Shown: positions 24,461 to 37,152 of the stretch, piece by piece
Layout of the letters: each line of letters starts with the position of its first letter
Position numbering within the stretch: position 1 is the first letter of the stretch
From: Eledone cirrhosa
Lineage: Eukaryota
Assembly: GCA_964016885.1 (NCBI GenBank)
Contig: OZ024740.1
Location: forward strand, 102,920,001-102,984,000
DNA: 64,000 nucleotides
Reading direction: 5' to 3'
The notes under the pieces: model-generated
Databases searched by the model: none
Told to the model about the DNA's origin: nothing
Seen by the model: the letters and a program-made list of their open reading frames with translations, nothing else
Program-made: the position numbers and the translations under genes

Positions 24461-24939
24461 TAACAGGACACTGGGTTGTATGTACAATGTTTATTTAACA
24501 AGGTTGAGTTATGTAGAGCAGAATAGTTGACATGCCAAGAGAGATGAAAGGATGAATTAAAGTTAGTTGTTTACCGTTTTGAAGTCAGCACGCAAGAGAC
24601 CAGGAGGTCTTTACATTACCATGTTCAGGTTGCCAGAGAGTATACTCTCGGCGGAACGCGTCTGGCCAAAGGCCAGCAGCCGAAAGGTGGAATGAGAGAG
24701 AGTTAGCTTTCGGCTCTCTCTTTTATAGTTCCCTCGTACGGAAGTCCCTAACAAGGTTCTGTAACCTCAACGGGAAGTAACTCCAGCTACTTCCTGTCTA
24801 GAGAGCGCTACAGCCTCCATATATATATATATAAGAGATAACAACATGAATGGACCTGTTACTTTTATCTAAAGACATTTTTTCCATTTTTCCAATTCCA
24901 TCCCGCCCGTCCCCTCAATCTATCTTATTTCTCATTCTT

Positions 24940-24975
24940 TCTTCTGATGAAGGACTAGCGTCCGAAACGTTAAGA
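24940..24975 (+). ncRNA. Minimal type-I hammerhead ribozyme motif in a Penelope-like pLTR remnant (about 24860-25060)
   Basis: TCTT-CTGATGA-A-GGAC-TAGC-GTCC-GAAA-CG-TT-AAGA: 4-bp stem I, 4-bp stem II, palindromic ACGT stem III. Confidence 0.8.
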
Positions 24976-25062
24976 CCCTCTTCTTACTGTATCAAGCGTT
25001 AACCTAATATATCCCTTCCATATACTGTACCGATTGTGTTGTTATTTCTGTTAATTTTTACA

Positions 25063-25893
25063 TTTCTGTTGCCTCACCATTTTGTTTGTTTACCCTCGCG
25101 TCCCCTTTATTTACGTGTCCCAACGACTTTTTTTAGCCGTTACTCGCACCAACCGGAGGTATATGGTCTTTAAAGCGATGAAATACCTATGATAGTTGGA
25201 AGATCACTGATGAAGGACAAACTTTTTTCATATGTAACCCATTTGCAACTCCTCAGCGCCCTTATTATCATATTTACACATATTTTTTCCTCTGCTGCTA
25301 CACCGTCTTTTTCGTTCTATGTATCTTTACCCTTTCTAGCAGTCTCTCTCTCTGTTAGCCTCTTCCTCACCTCACCCTTCACTCACTCATTCTCTGTCAC
25401 TACCTCTCCTCTTCCTCCTCTTTCTTCCCGTTTGACCTGTGAGTAACTCTTTTCTCTCACATTCTCGGCCAAGCTGGTCGGAATTTTTTCTCTCTCGTCT
25501 ACGATTTCACAGAACTTATGTTTACCGAATTCGCAGACCAGACCCCTTCTTCCTCCCGTTAGACCTGTGCGAAATTCCTTCCTTGCTCACATTTCAACCA
25601 GGTTTGATGGTCTTTATTCTCTCGTTCACGATTTCACCGAACTTAAATTCATAGAAATCTGGGACTTGTCTCCTTCTTCCTCACTTTCTGTTGCCTCACC
25701 ATTTTGTTTGTTTACCCTCGCGTCCCCTTTATTTACGTGTCCCAACGACTTTTTTTAGCCGTTGCTCGCACCAACCGGAGGTATATGGTCCTTAAAGCGA
25801 TGAAATACCTATGATAGTTGGAAGATCACTGATGGAGGACAAACTTTTTTCATATGTAACCCATTTGCAACTCCGCAGCGCCCTTATTATCAT
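25063..25893. repeat. Element with terminal direct repeats of about 208 bp (25063-25271 / 25685-25893)
   Basis: Repeats differ at about 4 positions. The interior of about 410 bp is pyrimidine-rich, and the element ends in (TA)n. Confidence 0.9.
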
Positions 25894-25919
25894 TATTATA
25901 TATATATATATATATATAT

Positions 25920-26528
25920 AAATGTAATCTGAGTTTTTCGAATATTAATAACATTCGATTCGTTTGCAATTATGCAAACAAGCCTAATTTTTATAGCCAT
26001 GTCAGTAGAATGAACTCTTCATTCTTGCTCTAGTGTTGGCATGTAAACAGAACTACAGACACTAATGTTTCTGGGTATCACCCTCCATCAGTACAGCTCA
26101 CTGTTCACCTGCCAACTGTCAGAGCTAGTGAAAATATATGCTATTTTAAAAAATATACAGTGACTGACCGGCATGACTTGCATATTAGCATACTGGCTGA
26201 TCAGTCAGATCTGCACATTAGCAGATCCACTGATCAGCCAGATTTGCATATCAGCAGACTGGCCAGTCAGTTTCTTGTATACGAGCGATAAATGGCCGGC
26301 TTTGCCAAATTCATTAGTGTCTGCAGTTCTGTTTACATGCGAACACAAGAGCAAGAATGAAGAGTTCTTTCTACTGACATGGGTATAAAAATGAGGCTTG
26401 TTTGCATAATTGCAAACGAATCGATACGGGGTCGATAAAATAAAGTACCAGTAATACACTGGGTAATTGTGGGCCTTGTGCCAAAAGTAGAAACAATTAT
26501 TAATATTCGAAAAACTCAGATTACATTT
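25920..26528. repeat. Foldback element with arms of about 150 bp and a SINE 3' fragment (about 26425-26500) inserted in the right arm
   Basis: AAATGTAATCTGAGTTTTTCGAATATTAATAA pairs with TTATTAATATTCGAAAAACTCAGATTACATTT, and 25955-26067 pairs with 26312-26424. Confidence 0.9.
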
Positions 26529-26566
26529 ATTGTATTCAATTCAGCCATGTAGAGCGAAATTTTTCT

Positions 26567-26627
<61 letters not shown>

Positions 26628-26750
26628 AATTAAAATGAAGAATTAGAAATAGAAGCCAGGACTATCCATCATCAGTGGTCTACTAGCCATCATAGGCATT
26701 TCTTCGCATTATATATATATATTATATTATACATTAATTATATATATATA

Positions 26751-26871
26751 TAATATAGAAATGGCTTCTACATGACTAGAACTGTTTCATTCGGGAGAAA
26801 GCCCCGTGGCTTTCCTGATGATTTCTCCCGAATGAAACAGTTCTAGTCCTGTAGAAGCCATTTCTATATTA
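26751..26871. repeat. Hairpin of a recurrent terminal module containing a CTGATGA..GAAA hammerhead-like motif
   Basis: 50-bp arms. The same module occurs at 12396-12445 (+), 32133-32187 (+, also folded back) and 51493-51547 (-). Confidence 0.85.
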
Positions 26872-26939
26872 AATATTTATACTCTGTTACGTATTGAGTA
26901 CCTTACATACTGTGGTTACCCCCGATTTAACCCGGGATA

Positions 26940-27013
<74 letters not shown>

Positions 27014-27123
27014 TTAGTTAAGCAAAACAAGACCACAAATTTCACAAGGAAGACATTATTAAAAGATTGTCAACATATTTTAGTTTGATGTAAGGAATGT
27101 AGAGAATAATAATAATAATATTA

Positions 27124-27309
27124 ATTTCTACTTTAGGCACAAGGCCAGCAATTACCCAGTGCATTACTGGTACTTTATTTTATCGATCCGTAAGGATGAA
27201 AGGCAAAGTCAATCTCGGCGGGATTTGAACTCAGATCGTAAAGGGACGTAACTATGCTGGAAAGCATGGCGTCCGACCCTCTACCGATACTGCCAATCCA
27301 CCGCCCTTA
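27124..27309 (-). mobile_element. SINE family 1 in the left palindrome arm
   Basis: Family consensus; mirror copy at 28598-28775. Confidence 0.85.
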
Positions 27310-28469
27310 ATAATATTAATAATAATAATGTCCGTTTACAATTGTTTCGCTACTCCATATAATATTTCTGGATCAGATGACTATATATCATTATTGATCT
27401 GGTTCAGTTGAAAATAATTAACATATTTAAAAACACCGGCTCATCGGAACTTCAAAGGAATATAAATTAAAATATGGAGAGAATGGTACATAATGTAATG
27501 TTCCATATATTGGTATTTCACTATGGTGTCCTGGTTGTATCAGTTGTCAGCCATAATCAAGCAGTATTCATCTGTCGAGGCTGCATTGTGTGAGATCTGC
27601 CTATGGGTAACAAGATGGCTGCCAAAGGACATATTTACCTTACTAATTAGAGGGTGGTTTCAGGGGAAGTAACTCCTCGAGAGATTAGAAATTCTGGCTA
27701 GTTTATAGTTAAGTGCTAATTCTTAAATTTTTTAATTGAGAGACAATGTAGGGGAGGTAACTTATAATTATCTAAGTTAGTTATAGCTATTTAACTTATA
27801 AGCTACAAGTAAAAATGGGGCTAGATGACTATGTTAGGTTAAATATTCTATTGGCGAAGGAATTAGCCCTTCGATGTTGACAGCTAATAGTTACCTCCGT
27901 TCTATCGTTAATCGGTAGAGGTCGTGATAGAGTAGCTAGGGCCCAACCGTTAAATGGACGAAGAAAATCTTGTGATCTATGTATTACCGAAGCATATTAC
28001 ATAACTCTATCACGACCTCTACCGATTAACGATAGAACAGGTAACTATTAGCTGTCAATATCGAAGGGCTAATTCCTTCGCCAATAGAATATTTGACCCA
28101 ACATAGTCATCTAGCCCCATTTTTACTTGTAGCTAATAAGTTAAATAGCTATAACTAACTTAGATAATTATAAGTTACCTCCCCTACATGTCTCTCAATT
28201 AAAAAAATTTTAAATTACCACTTAACTATAAACTAGCCACAATTTCTAATCTCTCGAGGAGTTACTTCCCCTGAAAGTAAGGTAAATATGTCCTTTGGCA
28301 GCCATATTGTTACCCATAGGCAGATCTCACACAATGCAGCCTCGACAGATGAATACTGCTTGATTATGGCTGACAACTGATACAACCAGGACACCATAGT
28401 GAAATACAAATATATGGAACATTACATTATGTACCATTCTCTCCTTATTTTAATTTATATTCCTTTGAA

Positions 28470-28588
28470 GTTCCGATGAGCCGCTCTGTTTTTAAATATG
28501 TTAATTATTTTCAACTGAACCAGATCAATAATGATATATAGTCATCTGATCCAGAAATATTATATGGAGTAGCGAAACAATTGTAAAC
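28470..28588 (+). ncRNA. Type-I hammerhead-like motif with a long stem-II loop (mirror copy at 27334-27450, minus)
   Basis: GTT-CCGATGA-GCCGCTCTGT...ATGGAGTAGC-GAAA-CAATTG-TA-AAC. Loop III is palindromic. The core has C in place of U4. Confidence 0.65.
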
Positions 28589-28597
28589 GGACATTAT

Positions 28598-28775
28598 TTG
28601 GCAGTATAAGTAGAGGGTCGGACGCCATGCTTTCCAGCATAGTTACGTCCCTTTACGATCTGAGTTCAAATCCCGCCGAGGTTGACTTTGCCTTTCATCC
28701 TTACGGGGTCGATAAAATAAAGTACCAGTAATGCACTGGGTTTTTGCTGGCCTTGTGCCTAAAGTAGAAACAATT
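28598..28775 (+). mobile_element. SINE family 1 in the right palindrome arm
   Basis: Mirror of 27124-27309, with about 30 bp deleted at the head and flank. Confidence 0.85.
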
Positions 28776-29269
28776 ATTATTAATATTATTATTATTCTCT
28801 ACATTCCTTACATCAAACTAAAATATGTTGACAATCTTTTAATAATGTCTTCCTTGTGAAATTTGTGGTCTTGTTTTGCTTAACTAATGAATATTTCCAG
28901 CTGTGCGCGCCTAACTTCTGCATGAACCCAGCCACCTAGCTGCTTTCTACTGCATATTGCACATTGAGCACATGCCTTTACGCTTTAGCTTCTAACTAAT
29001 TCACCAATCTCTCCTCTCCTATCTCCATCTCTCTCTTTAAGATTGGTTACTCTTGAACTGTGTATATATATATATATAACAGTAAAGGGAGAACACATGT
29101 ATACACATATATACATATGTGATCAAATAATAAGGGATATATATATATATATATATATATAGAAAGATTTGAATGGATACAGTTTAGTTGAAAGGAATTT
29201 ATTGACACGTGTTTCTATAACAGTTACATAACCTAAAACAGCTATCTACAAACTTTTAGTTATGCAGAC

Positions 29270-29314
29270 ATTCAATATTTCAATGTTATTGTTTACTGTC
29301 ATTTCATCAGAATA
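29270..29314 (-). ncRNA. Minimal hammerhead-like motif
   Basis: Minus strand reads CTGATGA-AATG-(14 nt)-CATT-GAAA-TA-TT. Stem I is weak. Confidence 0.5.
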
Positions 29315-29580
29315 ATATTACTGAGGACCTATTTAGTTTTTATAGAGAATTACTTTTGGAACTACAACTGGAACCGTCGAGCAAACTCTACGTGAGCTGA
29401 TAATCTACTGTGTGTAATATTTATATTACAACACAACGGAAAAAAACTGTATATATATATATATATATATATATATTTAAACTCGGAATTTTTCCTAGAG
29501 TGCTTAAAATTATTTGTGACTAATCCCGGTCTTTTTTAAAAAAAAAAACCGCGATAATATTGCTATTTTGCTGAACTTAC

Positions 29581-29737
29581 ATTTTGTAGAGTTTTTTCGG
29601 AATGTTTTTGACTGCTGTTTCTTGTAAACAGACATTCGTCTCATTCTGACGTCACCAGCCATGTTTTTCCATGTGTGTTTATTTTCATAATTCCGCACGA
29701 GGTGAACTAGCCTGCTTTTAAATACCCTTTCTGACAT
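29581..29737 (-). CDS. Candidate alternative first coding exon (52 codons plus 1 nt)
   Basis: Non-repetitive ATG-initiated ORF, MSERVFKSRL...KTFRKNSTK, cut by a GTAAGT donor at 29580-29575 on the same strand as the SH3 exon. No recognisable domain. Confidence 0.3.
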
Positions 29738-30185
29738 ATTTAGGCAGTATTATTTGGTTATCGTGTTGAGCTATACTGAGGAACGATGCCAACCGTGACT
29801 AATCCCACTGAAAAGTTTCGTGAAATAGTCTTTTTAAGACTATATAGAGCATTTGTAGTTTTTCCAAATTGAAGGATGAGTATTTAAACTTTATTTTATT
29901 CTGAGTTAAGACTCTATTGCTTTTTTTCCCTGGATTTCACAAAATCTGTGGATTTTTTTAATTGAGTTTGAATTATTTCCCCATATCTTACGTTAATTAT
30001 TTTCCATTTTGACGTTATAGTCACTTATATATTATGAAATACTGTTGACTTCTTGCTCACATAAATTTCTCTATTTTCATTTATATATATATAGTAATAA
30101 TAATAAATGTAAAGACTAAAATCCGAAGAAGATCCCGTTAATGGTGAAAGCACCGATTCATTGCTTAAACTTTAATGTTATTTTA

Positions 30186-30269
<84 letters not shown>

Positions 30270-30340
30270 ATTTCATTCGCACCGTTTCCTTTCGCTATAT
30301 GTCTCTCACACCCTTTGAACTCTGTTCCCACACACTTCTC

Positions 30341-30372
30341 ACCTGAGGAAGGGTTTATGCCCGAAACGTCGT
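30341..30372 (+). ncRNA. Minimal type-I hammerhead motif in a pLTR remnant (about 30268-30462) between (TA)n tracts
   Basis: AC-CTGAGGA-A-GGGT-TTAT-GCCC-GAAA-CG-TC-GT, with a GUC cleavage triplet. Stem I is only 2 bp. Confidence 0.7.
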
Positions 30373-30727
30373 TCCCCACCACCACCCCACTCTCCAGAGC
30401 GTGAAATTAATAAACATTCGTTGTACTGCCTCTCCGTTTTGATCCTGTTCAAATTTTTCCATTATATATATATATATATATATATAACTTCAGTTCCAGA
30501 ATCAGACAGATCCATACAATGATCGTGTCTCGAGCTGTCTGCCGGCGAAACAATTGTAACACACAATAAATTGAGTCCAGATGCATCACTGATTTTTCGT
30601 TTTATATTATATCACACTCTGCTCTGTAAGAACATAGAGTGCTTAACTAGCATACCAACTATGGAAGCACCTTAGCTACCATTAAACACACACACACATA
30701 CACACACATATATATATATATAAATGG

Positions 30728-30795
<68 letters not shown>

Positions 30796-31350
30796 CCGAT
30801 TGTGTTGTTGTTTTGTTTACCTTTTACATACATATATATTAACTCGTCTGTGTACAATTATAATATTATGCTGTAACATTAAAAGAACGCTTATAGCCTA
30901 GTGCTTCCCTCATAAAAGTGACGCCCGAGACGGACCGCCTCTCTCGCGCCTCTCTAGCTACGCTACATAATGTAGCATCCCAAATGAGGGGCCTCTCCCT
31001 TCTGGACGGGAAGATTATCATGCTCTTATGGCATGTCAAACCTTAACTATGTATGTATGTATGTGACTGCGTGTGTTTATATTTATATAATTTGCTAAAA
31101 CTGTTGTTGTTTACGTTATGTCCCTTAACTTAACAGTTCAACAAATAGGGGCCGATAAGTACTGGGATAGATATGATCGATTGAATTTGTGAATGCAGTG
31201 TCCCAGCATGGCCGAAGTTCAATGACCGAAACCAACCAAAGAATAAAACATACAAATCGATAAATCGGATCCCGCATTCGGGATTTTATCCATCTCTCCT
31301 TCCATCTATACCTCTCTCCATCCATATATGCATACACACACATGCGTATG

Positions 31351-31425
<75 letters not shown>

Positions 31426-31603
31426 TAAGCGTTGAAATATCCGAGACCCCCAGTAGACAACTGATGATGATGAAGAAAACTCCCTCTCCCCCTCCCCCCG
31501 TTCTTGCTTTCTTCTTCTTATTCTTATTTTTAAGTCTACCTTAACTACCAACTACACAGCCATCCTATACTCCCCACACATTAAAGAAAGTAAAGTGTGT
31601 GTG

Positions 31604-31706
<103 letters not shown>

Positions 31707-32192
31707 CGTGTGTGTGTATGTGTGTGTGTGTACACGTGTGTATTATGTGCTTGGGTGTGTGTACAAAGAGAAAGTGATAGAGAGAGGGAGATGGAGAGGG
31801 GGAGAGAGTCTAATATGCAGATATCGAGAGAAATCAATAGTTTATATAAACAAATGGGGCATATAGAGGAAAACTGTGCGAAATAGGCGAGGGAGTGAAG
31901 GCAGTAAGACTGGGATAAACAAATAAGAGAGAGACAGAGTGACAGATATGATTGAGAGAGAAAGATGTACGGATAGACAACCCCTCTCTCTATATTATCT
32001 CTCACTCTCTCATATATATATATAAATGAAAAGTATAGAAATTATTGTGAGCAAGAAGCCAACAGCATTTCATAATATATATATATATATATATATAGTT
32101 TCATTCGTAAGATATCACCAGGAAAGGACTTTCCTGATGATATCTTACGAATGAAATAGTTCTAGTCCTGTAGAAGTCATTTCTATAATAAA

Positions 32193-32240
<48 letters not shown>

Positions 32241-32241
<1 letters not shown>

Positions 32242-33232
32242 AACGGAAAAAATGAAACGAAATTTCATTTCCCACTCTTAGTACGGCTGTTACTTAAATA
32301 TAAGTATGTACACGTACATACATATATGTATACAGACGTACAGTAGTATGTATATATATATACATACATGCACACACATATATATATGTACGTATGGATT
32401 CACCGAACATTTATGATAATGCTCGGTGTGTTTGTAAACAAACATCCCGTATTAAGCCGTAGTGTCTAGCAATCATCATTGCTCGTTTGTTCAACACTGA
32501 CAAAGGAACGCTGTCCTAGTTTCAAGCTTATTAGCTATCGTCAGCAACGTATACTTTCCTGCCAGATTGTTGAACGTATATACTTACCTTATGCATATTA
32601 ACGGCTGAGTAGCCCAATTTGCATATCGAGTGGGTTAATCGGCCGGGTGCACTGAAAACGATAAACAGAAAAAATGAAACGAAATTTCATTTCCCACTCT
32701 TAGTACGGGTGTTACTTAAATATAAGTATGTACACGTACATACATATATGTATATATATATATACATACTACTGTACGTGTACATACATATATGTATGTA
32801 CGTGTACATACTTATATTTAAGTAACAGCCGTACTAAGAGTGGGAAATGAAATTTCGTTTCATCTTTTCCGTTTATCGTTTTCGGTGCACCCGGCCGATT
32901 AACCCACTCGATATGCAAATTGGGCTACTCAGCCGTAAATATGCATAAGGTAAGTATATACGTTCAACAATCTGGCAGGAAAGTATACGTTGCTGACGAT
33001 AGCTAATAAGTTTGAAACTAGTACAGCGTTCCTTTGTCAGTGTTGAACAAACGAGCAATGATGATTGCTAGACACTACGGCTTAATACGGGATGTTTGTT
33101 TACAAACACACCGAGCATTATCATAAATGTTCGGTGAATCCATACGTACATATATATATGTGTGTGCATGTATGTATATATATATACATACTACTGTACG
33201 TCTGTATACATATATGTATGTACGTGTACATA

Positions 33233-33238
<6 letters not shown>
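32241..33238. repeat. Direct-plus-inverted duplication: unit of about 420 bp, partial tandem copy, then inverted copy (palindrome 32299-33238)
   Basis: 32241-32330 repeats at 32663-32750, and 32775-33238 is the reverse complement of the left unit. Confidence 0.95.
32987..33029 (+). ncRNA. Minimal type-I hammerhead motif with palindromic CUAG loop III (mirror copy at 32508-32550, minus)
   Basis: ACGTTG-CTGACGA-T-AGCT-AATA-AGTT-T-GAAA-CTAG-TA-CAGCGT: 6-bp stem I, 4-bp stem II, GUA cleavage triplet. Confidence 0.8.
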
Positions 33239-33271
<33 letters not shown>

Positions 33272-33294
33272 TTCTCTCGATATATTATATGTGT

Positions 33295-34494
<1,200 letters not shown>

Positions 34495-34501
<7 letters not shown>

Positions 34502-35090
34502 TTGGACTCACCAACCCACACCCAGATTACTACCCAACACCCAGAATCACCAACCCACACCCGGACTAACAACTCACAACCAGACACAGCAAACCACATC
34601 CGGACACACCAAACTACACCTGGCCACACCAACCCAGACAACCAACCTACACCCAGACACACCAAACCACACCCGGACTCACCAAACCACATCCGGACAC
34701 ACCAAACTACACCTGGCCACACCAACCCAGACAACCAACCTACACCCAGACACACCAAACCACACCCGGACTCACCAAATCACACCCGGACACATCAAAC
34801 TACACCTGGCCACACCAACCCAGACAACCAACCTACACCCAGACACACCAAACCACACCCGGACTCACCAAACCACACCCGGACTCACCAAATCACACCC
34901 GGACACATCAAACTACACCTGGACACACCAACCCAGACAACCAACCTACACCCGGACTCACCAAATCACACCCGGACACATCAAACTACACCTGGACACA
35001 CCAACCCAGACAACCAACCTACACCCAGACACACCAAACCACACCCGGACTCACCAAATCACACCCAGACTCACCAACCGACACTCGACC
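34495..35090. repeat. Minisatellite with 93-bp higher-order unit built from CACACCCGGACTCACCAAAC-like monomers of about 20 bp
   Basis: 31-aa periodicity in ORF 34427-35284, and the repeats are visible directly. Confidence 0.9.
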
Positions 35091-35186
35091 AGACAAGACA
35101 AACATATAAGCCAATCTTGTCTGAGTTGGGGCCATCCCCGACAGGGAGAACAACAACCTGCGTAGATAAATATATTATATACCAAT

Positions 35187-35259
<73 letters not shown>

Positions 35260-35462
35260 TGTATATATACATATATATATTTGAGACACGCTACATAATA
35301 TACATAACTGACTAGGATAAACACGTGTATACAAACATACATGCATATAAACACATATGCAGCATACTCATTGCACATATATACATACATACATTACACA
35401 CACACACACACACATACACACGCGCGCACACACACACATACACACGCGCACACACACATATT

Positions 35463-35519
<57 letters not shown>

Positions 35520-35531
35520 ATGTGTGTGTGT

Positions 35532-35730
35532 GATAAAAAGCATCCTGTTAACACTGTAAATGTGGTTGACGTTGGGAAGGGCACCCAGCCGTAGAAACCA
35601 AGCCAGAAACAATTTTGTATGAGCAAGACACGGTCATCTGATCTGACTTGCCACACAACGGGACAACTCGTCTAACCCATGCTACCGTGGAAAAATGGAC
35701 ATTAAACGGCGATGATGATGACGATGATTG
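35532..35730 (+). mobile_element. SINE/LINE 3' tail ending in (GAT)n
   Basis: GGAAGGGCACCCAGCCGTAGAAACC...AACCCATGCTACCGTGGAAAAATGGACATTAAACGGCGATGATGAT, an RTE-type tail. Confidence 0.6.
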
Positions 35731-35893
35731 TGATGTTTGTGTACATACATACAAAAAAATATTTTGTGAAATTATAAAACCAGAAGAACATACATACACA
35801 TATACATACATATATATATAGTAAAACAGTAGAATGAGTGGACAATGGTGATGTTTTGTGTCAGCAAATAGTAGTCGCGAGAAAGCAGAAAAT

Positions 35894-35926
35894 GTTGACG
35901 TTTCGGGTAGAACCCATCGTCGGATA
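35894..35926 (-). ncRNA. Degenerate minimal hammerhead motif
   Basis: Minus strand reads CCGACGA-T-GGGT-TCT-ACCC-GAAA-CG-TC. A more decayed relative lies at 36349-36381 (-). Confidence 0.55.
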
Positions 35927-35974
35927 GTAACATTGTTTTTACAAACACATCTATATTATATGAGTGTGAGTGTG

Positions 35975-36089
<115 letters not shown>

Positions 36090-36160
36090 ATATTATATAT
36101 ATGTAATATATATATATTATATATATATATATTATATATATGTAATATATATATATTATA

Positions 36161-36251
<91 letters not shown>

Positions 36252-36948
36252 ATGTATATACATTATATAGTTCAAGAATAAATAAGACAAACAGATGTAA
36301 AAATACAAAGTTCTATTAGGTCCACGCTTTGGAAGAAGTAAATGAGGGTTTCAACGTATCGGGCATGAGTCCTTCGGGAAATGACAACGTTCGGAGAAAA
36401 TGAAAAGGTGGTTGGGGGATGGCATGGCATGGGCATTCGATCTTGAGGGTGTTTACTGACCTCAAATACTTTGTCTTTTTACCTTGTTGCATTTCTTGTA
36501 AGTACCCCGTGTACACTGCATGTACATGTATAATATACCCATATCTCATAGTTAATGAGAAGTCCGAAATAGAGCCTATATTTCACATCTGGTCTGTACC
36601 TTTTTACCAGTTTAGCACGGTTCTGTATAAAACATACACATCACCGTACACATACATACACATATGCATACACACATAAACACATATATGCACACAAACC
36701 GAACACGCATACATATACACATACTCATACATACATACGTCTTTTAGACAAACCCTATTAAGTCCATTTGAAGTCATGGCTTCTTCCCCGTATAAAGTCT
36801 ACAAACATTTTGTTTTTGGAATGACCAATACATTAAATTTGAGTAAAATGCTACTCCTCTTCCCTTGGTGCCCTAAACATGTGCTTATTTTGTTTAATGA
36901 TTAATCCAGTCCAGCTGTAAGATATGACGAAACTATATGGTAACTTAC

Positions 36949-37152
36949 CTGAATATACGAGGCTGGTATATATCCAATTTGGTTGTCCTTCAGTGCCCTA
37001 GCACCCACCCACTGTCCATCGGTCAAACTTGCATAGTCGCCACTAGGACAAGAGACGGGTACAAACTTGTCCCCGGCATAAAACGTCAGGACGTTCCTTA
37101 AAGCATCGTCTATATTCGGGGTAAAATCCGCAATTGCTTCGTAAACTTCCAT
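36949..37152 (-). CDS. First coding exon of a host gene: N-terminal SH3 domain (68 aa)
   Basis: MEVYEAIADF...LTFYAGDKF...GQWVGAR...QIGYIPASYIQ fits the SH3 consensus (ALYDY, LSF..GD, W.G, G.IP.NYV). Kozak-like GAGATGG, donor CAG|GTAAGT (phase 0), and likely acceptor TCTTTCTCTACAG at 37359, giving exon 36949-37358. Confidence 0.88.

Larger units (their letters stand above)
27008..28894. repeat. Palindrome of about 1.9 kb (arms about 925 and 890 bp, spacer about 70 bp at 27934-28003)
   Basis: Arms are reverse complements throughout, with few substitutions and small indels. Confidence 0.97.

Noticed and set aside
24470-24811. Possible solo LTR on the minus strand (TG start, TATAAAA, AATAAA)
   Set aside because: No clear CA end with a matching TSD, and no second copy, PBS or PPT.
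25180-25225. Possible permuted (type II) hammerhead within the 208-bp repeats
   Set aside because: CTGATGA-AGGAC has no stem-II partner directly adjoining a GAAA. It is kept only as a half motif.
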